Shown piece after piece: positions 1-8,586 of a stretch of 64,000 nt of DNA. The notes below the pieces were generated by a model that saw nothing but the letters and a program-made list of their open reading frames with translations, searched no databases and was not told the DNA's origin. Origin of the DNA: Nitrosopumilus sp. (GTDB lineage Archaea; Thermoproteota; Nitrososphaeria; Nitrososphaerales; Nitrosopumilaceae); assembly GCA_965224195.1 (NCBI GenBank), contig OZ245040.1, positions 1,792,001 to 1,856,000 of the forward strand. The letters run 5' to 3'. The translations under genes and the position numbers were made by a program. Numbering within the stretch: position 1 is the first letter of the stretch; every line of letters starts with the position of its first letter.

Positions 1-1372
1 CTTTGACAATGTAGAACAATTTTCAAACTTTAACACATTAACGGCAATCGATATTTTTGGTGATAAAATAAATTCAGAATCATTTCTCATGGGATATACG
101 GGAGCATTCTATGTTTCTGAAGATAATTTCTATTTAACATATCAACAAAATATGCCATTTGGGTTCTATGAAAATTCATCACGAGATAGATTCTTTGATG
201 TTGTTGTGCCATTATTACCAAACAACATTCAAGAGCAAATTAAAGTAATACAAAATGATTCTTCAATTAACTCATCAGTACAATGGATAAAAATTTCAGA
301 ATTGATGCAAAAATCTTACAACCAGATGGATAAAAATGACAAAGAAGGATTATTTGAAAAAATCAGAGAGGCCCTTAATGAATACGATGCTAAAATACAA
401 GAAGACACTAGAAAAACAATAATTCATAAAATTTCAATTGATGAGGATAAAATTGAATACGTTGCCAAAGGATCAGTTCCAGGCAGATTACTAAATCAAT
501 TCTCAATGGACGAAAACGGAGATAGATTCAGAGTGGCAACAACTACAGAGTACTATATTCAACATCAAGGAACTGTTCGTGCAAATGCAGTCTATGTTTT
601 AGATGAACAACTAAACATTGTAGGTGAATTAGATGAGATTGCTCCAGATGAGAGCATTTTCTCGGCAAGATTCATGGGCGATAGACTGTACCTGGTAACA
701 TTTCAACAAATTGATCCTTTCTTTGTAATTGATTTATCAACAGATACGCCTAAAATTCTTGGAGAACTAAAAATTCCAGGATTTTCAAACTATCTTCACC
801 CATATGATGAAGAACATATAATTGGAATTGGACGAGATACAAAGGAAGTAGATAATGGCAGAGTTCAACAATTAGGCATCAAAATTGCATTGTTTAATGT
901 AGCAGATGTGAAAAATCCTAGAGTTGCAGATGACATCATAGTTGGTGATAGTTCAACTCATTCAGAAGCATTATACGAACACAAATCATTCTTCTTTGAT
1001 AAAAAAAGTGGAGTTTTATCAATACCAATTAGTGGAGATGCTGAAAGCCTTAGTGGAATTTCAAGCTCCAAAAAATTTGCACCAGATTACAATCGTTGGA
1101 ACGGATTCTATGTATTTGATTTGAATAGTTCAGATGGATTCAATCTTAAAGGAACAGTAACACATTCAGCAGAAGATTCACGACACTATGGAATGAGTAA
1201 TGCAAGAAGTTTCTATATTGATGAAGTCTTGTATACAGCTTCTGAAGGATATTTGAAAATGAATTTATTGGATAATTTAGAAGAAATAAATTCAATAAAA
1301 CTTGAAAACACTAGAAAATTTATTGATTATATTGATGAAGAAATTATTCGTGAAGTCATACCAAATGAATAA
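1..1372 (+). CDS. Secreted beta-propeller domain protein (5'-truncated by window edge)
   Basis: Frame open from base 2. Motifs GRLLNQFSMDE, RVATT, ARFMGDRLYLVTF-x-x-IDPFFVIDL and GELKIPGFSNYLHP are typical of the beta-propeller secreted family. Confidence 0.85.
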   Translation, partial: FDNVEQFSNFNTLTAIDIFGDKINSESFLMGYTGAFYVSEDNFYLTYQQNMPFGFYENSSRDRFFDVVVPLLPNNIQEQIKVIQNDSSINSSVQWIKISELMQKSYNQMDKNDKEGLFEKIREALNEYDAKIQEDTRKTIIHKISIDEDKIEYVAKGSVPGRLLNQFSMDENGDRFRVATTTEYYIQHQGTVRANAVYVLDEQLNIVGELDEIAPDESIFSARFMGDRLYLVTFQQIDPFFVIDLSTDTPKILGELKIPGFSNYLHPYDEEHIIGIGRDTKEVDNGRVQQLGIKIALFNVADVKNPRVADDIIVGDSSTHSEALYEHKSFFFDKKSGVLSIPISGDAESLSGISSSKKFAPDYNRWNGFYVFDLNSSDGFNLKGTVTHSAEDSRHYGMSNARSFYIDEVLYTASEGYLKMNLLDNLEEINSIKLENTRKFIDYIDEEIIREVIPNE

Positions 1373-2000
1373 TAGTTGAAACTCCACGTCTATCAAATTC
1401 TACATCATTTTGAAATTCACTTAAAGTTACAGTAAATGAAATAACATCACGAGGTTTTGCATTCTCTGCATGAAGTTTAAGATTAATATCTAAATTATCA
1501 AACTCTTGATCAGGCAAATTTGCATCATCCAAATATGCATCACATGTTGATTCAATTCTAAACCTGTCATCTTTAAAATGAAATCCGAGTTTCATCTTTC
1601 TTCCTTCTCGTCCGACACCCTTTACATTAACATCTATAATTCCAGGAGTTGTTTCTGAATACCCAGATTTCTGATTTACAAAAACTCCTATTTCAAGTGG
1701 TTTTCCTGCAGTAGCTTCTGCCATTTTTTGAATTCCATCATTCATTACAACATCAACAGCCTTGATTGACTGTGCTACTTTTGCTATCCAATCATTGGTT
1801 CGCGTAATTGTGGCACAAATTCCTGCACGTCTTCGTTTATCTTCATCTTCAGGCAATTTATAATAATCAACCCATGCCTCATAATCATGTGAGATATCCT
1901 CGATGAAATCAATACAAGTTCTTTTGTAATCATCAACATTATCTGTTCTCAGTGAAGCATCATCTGTCCTCATCCCATCAAAATCCATAGGCATCGCCAT
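1356..2000 (-). CDS. Hypothetical protein
   Basis: 214-aa ORF; no motif recognised. Confidence 0.7.
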   Translation of the reverse strand: MAMPMDFDGMRTDDASLRTDNVDDYKRTCIDFIEDISHDYEAWVDYYKLPEDEDKRRRAGICATITRTNDWIAKVAQSIKAVDVVMNDGIQKMAEATAGKPLEIGVFVNQKSGYSETTPGIIDVNVKGVGREGRKMKLGFHFKDDRFRIESTCDAYLDDANLPDQEFDNLDINLKLHAENAKPRDVISFTVTLSEFQNDVEFDRRGVSTIIHLV

Positions 2001-2081
2001 ACTCTGAACTAATCGAAGTTCTAAAAAAACTAATCTTGAGAAAAATTAATGGTTATAATAGGAATTTTTCAGATAACAAGT

Positions 2082-2561
2082 ATGATATTTTCAGAAATAG
2101 TCATAGACTTGCAATCTGAATTAAAAAAAGAGCTAGCACAGATCAGATTTCTATTAAAGGAAAACCCTGCAATAGCATATACACGAATTGTAGAAATAGG
2201 AAAAGAAGTCGGTAAAAAATACAATATCAAATTAATTGTAAATTTTCCAAAGCAAGGCAGAATTGACGAGTTTGAAAAGTATGGAAAAAGAGATTTGAGT
2301 TTAATCATAAACTATGATAAGAAAAGATTTCCAATAGATAGAGAAATCATCAAACAAAAAGCAATTGAAATGTTAGGAGATGTTAAAACTGAAGATGCAT
2401 ACATGTACGAAAATAAAGAAGGAGTGAGAGTATTTACAGACAATTGGAAAATAGATATTTTACCTCATTCAGTCCATATTTGGACTGACTTTGATGATAA
2501 AGTTACATTATTTTGTAATTGGTTAATGGAAAATGCTTATGAAATGAAAAAGAAAGAATAA
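2082..2561 (+). CDS. Hypothetical protein
   Basis: ORF track starts at 2049; ATG at 2082 (MIFSE) is the more likely start. Confidence 0.7.
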   Translation: MIFSEIVIDLQSELKKELAQIRFLLKENPAIAYTRIVEIGKEVGKKYNIKLIVNFPKQGRIDEFEKYGKRDLSLIINYDKKRFPIDREIIKQKAIEMLGDVKTEDAYMYENKEGVRVFTDNWKIDILPHSVHIWTDFDDKVTLFCNWLMENAYEMKKKE

Positions 2562-2570
2562 TTTTCTAAA

Positions 2571-2930
2571 TTAAACGCTCTCAAGTTTTTCTAACAAGTC
2601 CTGAGCTTCAGTATTTTTTGGTTGAAGTTTTACTATATATTTACAACAAGCAATAGCTTCATCTTTTTGTCCCAATGCCAAATGTACATTAGTTTTTAGA
2701 GACAAAGTCTCTACATCTTCATCATCTAATTGAAATGCTTTTTCAAAATATGGCAATGCCCTTTTTGCATCATCTACAATAAAGAAAGCACTGCCCAGAA
2801 TAAACATAAAATCATGATCATCAGAATATCGTGATTCTAAGTTTTTCCCATATGCAATAGCCTCATCATATTCACCATCTCGAAGAAGTTTTTTGATACG
2901 ACGTTTGGGATGTTTGAAAAGACCAACCAT
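2571..2930 (-). CDS. Tetratricopeptide repeat protein
   Basis: TPR-like helical repeats (ALPYFEKAFQLD, LGQKDEAIACC..IVKLQPKN). Confidence 0.8.
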   Translation of the reverse strand: MVGLFKHPKRRIKKLLRDGEYDEAIAYGKNLESRYSDDHDFMFILGSAFFIVDDAKRALPYFEKAFQLDDEDVETLSLKTNVHLALGQKDEAIACCKYIVKLQPKNTEAQDLLEKLESV

Positions 2931-2984
2931 TTCTCAATCAAATGTATGTTAATTTACAATAATTTGAATGTAGAACTTTGAATG

Positions 2985-4490
2985 TTAATCATACCAAGCT
3001 GGAGGTTCTGAACCACTTGAAGTAGAGCTAGAACTTGTAACAGTAATCTTCAATATTCCTTCTTTAATTAAAAATTGTATGCCTTGAACAAATGAATCAT
3101 CATCTATTGCACCATCAGCCCACCATCCAGCATTAGTCTTAATCCAATCAGGGATTTCATTTGAACCAAAAGTTGACCCTTGAGACGTTGGAGGAATCTT
3201 CATGATTCCTTCTTTAATTAAAAATTGTATTCCTTGAACAAAGTCTGAATCACCTATTGCACCATCAGCCCACCATCCAGCATTAGTCTTAATCCAATCA
3301 GGGATTTTTTGGACTGGTGTAGATGAAGTACCATCTTTTGCAAATATTGGAAGTGTGAATTCCAAATAGTCTGAGGCAGACGATGGAACTATACCTTCAG
3401 GGGATAAACCATAAATCCAAACTACATAGTTTGCAATTCCGGGTTCTGCCTCAACAGTAAAATCAAGCAAAGCTTGTCCTGATGGAGAATAAAGGAAATT
3501 TCTACCTTCTTCTTGTGCGATTGAACGTAAAGGAGTCAGGTTTTCATCTACAACTAAGAAATCATATTGGACTTGATTCAAAAATTCTGTATCATCATAT
3601 TTGCTGATAAATTTAATTAAAAATTGTATTTCACATCCTTGTACAGGATCTTCAGGTCCATAGAATATGTGAAGTTGATAATCAAAGTTGGTTGTAGGTT
3701 TTTTTATGCTAACTTCTTTTTCTATATCTGCATGACATCCTTCAAGGACAGTTGGCACCCAATCAGGAATGCCACCAAACGGACTTTGTAATACATTTTC
3801 TTTATAATCTAATAATGAAAATATGTACTCTGGTGGCGGTATACCTTCAGAGACGTGTGTAAATGTGTGTGCCTTTATTGGAAATGGGAAACCATCAGCT
3901 ATCCAAATTTTACTTGTAGCACCACCTGTCTTCCATCCAATTTGAACAGTTTCCCAAGTACCAGCTTTAACTGTAACAGTTTCAATTGCTTGTGTAAGTA
4001 CTTGTTGACCGCCAATGTTGCCAATTTTTCCCCAAGACACTGCTGAAAATTCTTTTGGCCCTTTTCCACCAGATCTATCATCAGATGTCGCAAATGCAGA
4101 TAACCAAGAAATAGAAGATTTGAAAGCTCCTCTATAGAGACCTAAATATTCACTACCACCTGTTGGTTCAGGAGCAATTTTTCCAAGTTCCATTTCCCCT
4201 TTGATAACTTTTTTACCATCATAAACAACGACTTCAGCTAACCATTTAGTTTCAGTTCCAACTTGTTTGTCACCTTTTATCCAAAAGTCCATTTCAAATT
4301 CAGTACATTCTTTGTAATCTACATGACATACTGAATATGAAAAGAAGTCGCCTTTTTTGAGACCTTCACCAGCATACCATGAACCCTCTTTGTTAACACC
4401 ACCTGCTTCAACTTGAGCAAATACAGTTGTAGGCATTAATAATGCTAAAAATACTAAAGGAATAATTGCAAATAGGAATGTTTGTTTCAA
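2985..4490 (-). CDS. Secreted thaumarchaeal protein with two C-terminal IPDWIKTNAGWW repeats
   Basis: N-terminal signal peptide; two IPDWIKTNAGWWADGAI..FVQGIQFLIKEGI modules. Confidence 0.8.
   Translation of the reverse strand: MKQTFLFAIIPLVFLALLMPTTVFAQVEAGGVNKEGSWYAGEGLKKGDFFSYSVCHVDYKECTEFEMDFWIKGDKQVGTETKWLAEVVVYDGKKVIKGEMELGKIAPEPTGGSEYLGLYRGAFKSSISWLSAFATSDDRSGGKGPKEFSAVSWGKIGNIGGQQVLTQAIETVTVKAGTWETVQIGWKTGGATSKIWIADGFPFPIKAHTFTHVSEGIPPPEYIFSLLDYKENVLQSPFGGIPDWVPTVLEGCHADIEKEVSIKKPTTNFDYQLHIFYGPEDPVQGCEIQFLIKFISKYDDTEFLNQVQYDFLVVDENLTPLRSIAQEEGRNFLYSPSGQALLDFTVEAEPGIANYVVWIYGLSPEGIVPSSASDYLEFTLPIFAKDGTSSTPVQKIPDWIKTNAGWWADGAIGDSDFVQGIQFLIKEGIMKIPPTSQGSTFGSNEIPDWIKTNAGWWADGAIDDDSFVQGIQFLIKEGILKITVTSSSSTSSGSEPPAWYD
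3055..3307. repeat. Intragenic direct repeat: two ~103-bp copies, 150-bp period
   Basis: 3055-3157 vs 3205-3307; the 54 bp at 3104-3157 and 3254-3307 are identical. Confidence 0.9.
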
Positions 4491-4614
4491 ATCTAAAAAA
4501 AATTGTCAAATCGGATAGTTAAACGTTTTTCAAATATGTAAAAAATGAGAAAATAGGCAGTAAAATCTCGTTCAAATAAGCAAATATAGAGGAATAAGTA
4601 CAGAAATTCCAGAA

Positions 4615-4782
4615 ATGTGCGAATGTTCCAAAGTTCACTTGTTTGAAGTTGAATTCAAACTAGATGGTATGACCGTAGTTCCTACTCATAAGAACTGCGG
4701 ATTTGCACTAGATGAAAAACAATCTGACAAGTTCCAAAAAGAATTAGTAAAATCATGGGGCTTTGAGGACGAAGACGATTAA
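4615..4782 (+). CDS. Small 55-aa protein with Cys/His residues (below ORF-track cutoff)
   Basis: Hand translation: MCECSKVHLFEVEFKLDGMTVVPTHKNCGFALDEKQSDKFQKELVKSWGFEDEDD*. Fills an otherwise empty intergenic gap. Confidence 0.7.
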   Translation: MCECSKVHLFEVEFKLDGMTVVPTHKNCGFALDEKQSDKFQKELVKSWGFEDEDD

Positions 4783-4819
4783 TTTAAAAAAATAAAAAAT
4801 AAAACTGTAATTTGCTATT

Positions 4820-4966
4820 TTAGGACATTTGTCCAACAGCTTCTTTACAAACGTCAGTTGAACATTTGCAATCTGCACTGCATATACAATGACCTTGCAT
4901 TGCACAGTCACAGGAGTAATCAGGATCGCCGCTATCAGCTTCGCATCCACATGCTTGATCTACCAT
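4820..4966 (-). CDS. Metallothionein-like Cys-rich microprotein (48 aa, 9 Cys)
   Basis: Hand translation: MVDQACGCEADSGDPDYSCDCAMQGHCICSADCKCSTDVCKEAVGQMS*. Four CxC motifs; TATA-like TTTTAAAA about 22-30 nt upstream. Confidence 0.7.
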   Translation of the reverse strand: MVDQACGCEADSGDPDYSCDCAMQGHCICSADCKCSTDVCKEAVGQMS

Positions 4967-5019
4967 AGCAAACTAGAGATTTTACTTATTTTAAAAGGTT
5001 AGTACAGGCATAGAGAATA

Positions 5020-5904
5020 TTACGCACTTGAAATAGTCTCAAGGATATCATTACAGGATTTTTGGACAAGTACTGATTGCTGTTCAAGGAGATTAGAATC
5101 AGCCTCAACATCAAATGCAACCTTTAGAATATGTATCAAATCCTGCTCTCGATTTAGAGTATCTTTGATTTTTACAAAATTTTCTTTGTTCACATAACCC
5201 AAATAAAAATAGCAATCAGAAAGCATCGAATTTTTTACAAAGAAATCATGTTTTGCTTGAATAATTTGAGAATGATTGTTTTTTTCTACTAAATCAGAAA
5301 ACCCTATTGTAGATTTTAGCATTCTTTCAAGTAATGTTGGCGTTGCTCGTTCAATACCAACAGTTTGAGTTACAATAGAAATATGTTCATTAATTGTATT
5401 TTTTTCTAGTTTTCGAAGTTGATCAAGCATATGTGAAGGACTTGAACGTTGATAATTAATTGAAGAAATAGCATTTGCCAGATAATAACTTGCACACTTT
5501 TGCCAACATGGTGCAAATACATCAGAAGACTCTATAGATTCTTTTGTTTTTTGACAACAAAATTGGGATTCAATTAAACAGTTTTTTGCAAAATCAGAAA
5601 ATAACGATGTATGTTTTTCTTCAATCTTAGAAAGCATCATTCTAAGATCCCAAGATTCGTCTTGAAGAATTTCTATTTTGTGATACTGGAGAAGTTTTTC
5701 AGAATTTGTTTCAGATAAAGATGCATGATGAATAGTTACAAATTCATCTACGTATTGGACTATTTTTGCAGGTTCTGGTTTTCCATCAAAAGTAAAAAGA
5801 TCATAATCACATGAATCAAAAGATAGATCAGGAATTCTACACCCGCCCATACCGATTGGAAACCCAGATAATTTATTTTCTTCAATGAATTTTTGAATTT
5901 CCAT
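5020..5904 (-). CDS. Hypothetical protein, possible nucleotidyltransferase-like N-terminus
   Basis: GMGGCR...SCDYDL resembles the hG[GS]..DxD polbeta NTase motif; helical C-terminus. Confidence 0.6.
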   Translation of the reverse strand: MEIQKFIEENKLSGFPIGMGGCRIPDLSFDSCDYDLFTFDGKPEPAKIVQYVDEFVTIHHASLSETNSEKLLQYHKIEILQDESWDLRMMLSKIEEKHTSLFSDFAKNCLIESQFCCQKTKESIESSDVFAPCWQKCASYYLANAISSINYQRSSPSHMLDQLRKLEKNTINEHISIVTQTVGIERATPTLLERMLKSTIGFSDLVEKNNHSQIIQAKHDFFVKNSMLSDCYFYLGYVNKENFVKIKDTLNREQDLIHILKVAFDVEADSNLLEQQSVLVQKSCNDILETISSA

Positions 5905-6015
5905 ATAGTTCTTAACTTTAATTTTTCTATAAAGGAATCAACTCACAAAGTTTTACAAATTCATTCAAAGTCAAAACATTTCCTTTAAATTAAGATTTAA
6001 TTTGTTTTTTATCAA

Positions 6016-6090
6016 GCTCCTATAGTGTAGTCCGGTTAAGCATTTTGGCTTCTCAAGCCAAAGACTCGGGTTCAAATCCCGATGGGAGCA
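6016..6090 (+). tRNA. tRNA-Glu (CTC)
   Basis: Acceptor stem GCTCCTA/TGGGAGC, anticodon arm TTGGC-TTCTCAA-GCCAA, T-arm TCGGG-TTCAAAT-CCCGA. Confidence 0.95.
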
Positions 6091-6092
6091 TT
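6073..6092 (+). repeat. attL (tRNA-Glu 3' end)
   Basis: CAAATCCCGATGGGAGCATT; the core CCCGATGGGAGCATT (6078-6092) is identical to 19961-19975. Confidence 0.9.
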
Positions 6093-6133
6093 ACACATTT
6101 GGTTTAATACCCTGCATGCGCTGTATATGCTAC

Positions 6134-7489
6134 ATGTCAAAACAGCAGATTTCAGGCAAGAAACAAGACGGAATCAAACTATATGATTATGACAGAATTA
6201 TCACTAGAACGTTAGCATTATTTCAAAAAGATGTATCTGAGAAGAATTTTCTCTTAATGAAAAAATTTGATAGAGTTTTGGTAAATGAATCATTATCTGA
6301 TGCTAGACGTTCCAAGATTCTAGGCACATTACTGAGTCTTACTAGAATGATAAACAAAGATTGGAGTGAAACAAACAAGGAAGATATCGAAGAATTAGTG
6401 TATAATTTTAATAAAAAATTCAGCAAAAATGGACAAAAAACAAACACAACTTCAGACCACAAAAAGATTTTAAAAAATTTCTACAGATGGATGAAATTTG
6501 ATTCAAGAGACCAAAAATCAGTAGGAGACCCAACTGAAACTAGTTAGATTAGAATCAAAAAACCAAGAGAAAATCTTACTGCAGACATGTTAATCACAGA
6601 AGCTGAAAAAAATTCACTACTCAAAGCATGTGGTGGGAATCTTAGAGATAGAGCATTTGTACATACTTTTTCAGACTTGGCATGTAGACCAGGTGAAATT
6701 TTGAGTCGCCAAATTAAACATGTAAAGTTTGATGACAAAGGCGCAGTGATTGTAGTTGATGGAAAAACAGGTCCAAGACCAGTTAGAGTGATCGAATGTG
6801 TACCAGATTTGGCATCATACTTTGATAAACATCCTAACAATTCTGATCCTGAAGCACCACTATGGACTACAATGAATGAGAAAAAATTTGGTAAAGCATG
6901 GTCATATCCTGCCATGAGAAAAAGACTACAGAGAATCTGTGACGTGGCTCAACTCCACAAAAGAATTTGGCCCAATCTATTTCGTCATACAGGGGTTACA
7001 AAGACAGGAACTTTCCTCACTGAATCATTACAAAAGAAACGATATGGATGGTCATCAGGGTCCAAAATGCCAGGAAGATACGAACACATGATGAATTCAG
7101 ACGTAGAGGAGGCAGTGTTGAAACATTATGGCATGACAGATAACAAAGAAAATGACTTAGTAAGTAAGCCAAAGATTTGCCATATTTGTGATGTACCAAA
7201 TTCCTATGATGCCAAAATGTGCTCAAAATGTGGAAAGTCATTAGGCATAGAATCAGCCTCAGAATTTGATGAAAAGATAGAGAATACTCAAAAAATGATG
7301 GAAAATTATGAAGAAAAACTTGCAAAAGCAAATGACACACTAGAACGTGCAACCGCTGTACTCAAAATTATGGATTGTCAACAACAAATTAATGATATTA
7401 CAAAAATTGCACCAAATAATTTTACTGAAAATAAAGAAGCGTTAAAAGATGAAATTGTTAGACTCAAAAAATCAATACAGGGATTATAA
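6134..7489 (+). pseudogene. Tyrosine recombinase/integrase interrupted by an in-frame TAG (6545-6547)
   Basis: ORFs 6116-6547 and 6587-7489 share a frame and read ..PTETS*IRIKKPRENLTADMLI... Motifs CRPGE, GKTG, NLFRHT, GW and RYEH; C-terminal CHIC/CSKC zinc ribbon. Confidence 0.85.
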
Positions 7490-7587
7490 ACGATATTTTT
7501 TGTTTAAATAAAATTATATAAAGAAAAAAAAGTCATTATAAACCCGTTAACAATTTTTTGTAAAACAATTTAATTTTAAATCATACT

Positions 7588-7605
7588 ATGTGTATACATA
7601 CACAT
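7588..7605. promoter_or_regulatory. Inverted repeat, putative operator overlapping the start of the 7604 gene
   Basis: ATGTGTAT-AC-ATACACAT, perfect 8-bp arms. Confidence 0.5.
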
Positions 7606-7885
7606 GAAAAGATTTTCACGAAAATGGTTTGTACAAATTATGATTAACAAATTATTAAAAAAATTAGATTTTTTAAAACAAACAATGAAATTAGAATACA
7701 AAAAAGATTATAATTTAAGTTACAACGATGTAATTACGATTCTTGTAAACAGTTACAAGAAAAATAAAGAAGAATTCAATTTAGAACCAAAATTAAGAAT
7801 AGGTATGCCACTTAAGGGGAGTAGGTGGCAAGTTTCATCAAAATTAGATGGGAAAACAAAAGTGTCGTTTTCGTTGAAAAGTTAA
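7604..7885 (+). CDS. Putative ribbon-helix-helix DNA-binding protein
   Basis: Strand-helix-helix pattern FVQIMI..LKKLDFLK..SYNDVITILV, typical of archaeal RHH/antitoxin-like proteins. Confidence 0.55.
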   Translation: MKRFSRKWFVQIMINKLLKKLDFLKQTMKLEYKKDYNLSYNDVITILVNSYKKNKEEFNLEPKLRIGMPLKGSRWQVSSKLDGKTKVSFSLKS

Positions 7886-7910
7886 ATGCACATTATTTGT
7901 AATTTATGTA

Positions 7911-8054
7911 ATGAATGAAAAAATAGAACTGTCAAAATGCAGCATTGACGATAGAGGGGACGTTACATGTTCTATTCCAAAATCAAAATTGGATGTGATG
8001 ACAGAAAAGAAAATCAAACCATCAAAAATGGTTTTTGAGATAGATGACTCATAG
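7911..8054 (+). CDS. Hypothetical 47-aa microprotein
   Basis: Hand translation: MNEKIELSKCSIDDRGDVTCSIPKSKLDVMTEKKIKPSKMVFEIDDS*. Overlaps the next ORF by 11 nt. Confidence 0.55.
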   Translation: MNEKIELSKCSIDDRGDVTCSIPKSKLDVMTEKKIKPSKMVFEIDDS

Positions 8055-8175
8055 ATGGACTGCAGTCCCCGTTTGTAATGAATGTGGAGATGTAATGACT
8101 GAAAATGATGATAATGACTATGAGTGTGTCAATTGTGATGAAGTACTCTACGAGTATGAAATTAATGAAAATTAG
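8044..8175 (+). CDS. 43-aa acidic zinc-ribbon microprotein
   Basis: Hand translation: MTHRWTAVPVCNECGDVMTENDDNDYECVNCDEVLYEYEINEN*, with CxxC-x13-CxxC. Confidence 0.6.
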   Translation: MTHRWTAVPVCNECGDVMTENDDNDYECVNCDEVLYEYEINEN

Positions 8176-8232
8176 GCACAAAATTCATCATTTTTCTTTT
8201 TTAGTCATGATTTAGTAATTATATATTGGTAA

Positions 8233-8246
8233 TTACCTATAGGTAA
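8233..8246. promoter_or_regulatory. Perfect 14-bp palindrome, putative wHTH operator beside the TATA box
   Basis: TTACCTATAGGTAA directly upstream of TTAATATA (8248-8255), which ends about 22 nt before the GTG at 8277. Confidence 0.6.
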
Positions 8247-8276
8247 CTTAATATATTTACATGACTAAGTAAATCA

Positions 8277-8585
8277 GTGAAACCATTAGATGATAAAATA
8301 TTAGAAAAATATGTTCAATTACAAAAAAATCTCATGAATGAGAAAAGAATTAAAATTTTAATTCTTTTAGATAATGATGTAAAAAGTTGGAGTCAATTAA
8401 TGCTTGAATTAGACATTAGGAATCCAAAATTATTATCTGATCATTTAAACATTTTATCAACACAACAACTAATAAAAAAATCGCCTGAAGGACAATATCA
8501 AATTACAAACAATGGCACTACATTACTAAAATCAAACATACAGCAATTACAAAATATTTCAAAAATATTAAAGGATATGAAATAA
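8277..8585 (+). CDS. ArsR-like winged helix-turn-helix regulator
   Basis: NEKRIKILILL...SWSQL...LSDHLNIL....LIKK...YQITNNG pattern. Confidence 0.85.
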   Translation: MKPLDDKILEKYVQLQKNLMNEKRIKILILLDNDVKSWSQLMLELDIRNPKLLSDHLNILSTQQLIKKSPEGQYQITNNGTTLLKSNIQQLQNISKILKDMK

Positions 8586-8586
8586 A

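Noticed and set aside
4753-4950. 65-aa minus-strand ORF in the track
   Set aside because: It is an alternative frame over the more convincing Cys-rich ORF at 4820-4966 and also overlaps the 4615-4782 ORF.
6116-7489. SSV-type integrase split by integration, or amber recoding (pyrrolysine)
   Set aside because: Both parts are adjacent and in frame with no att site at the break. No pyl genes are visible and TAG ends ordinary genes here (e.g. rps9), so a nonsense mutation or sequencing error is simpler.
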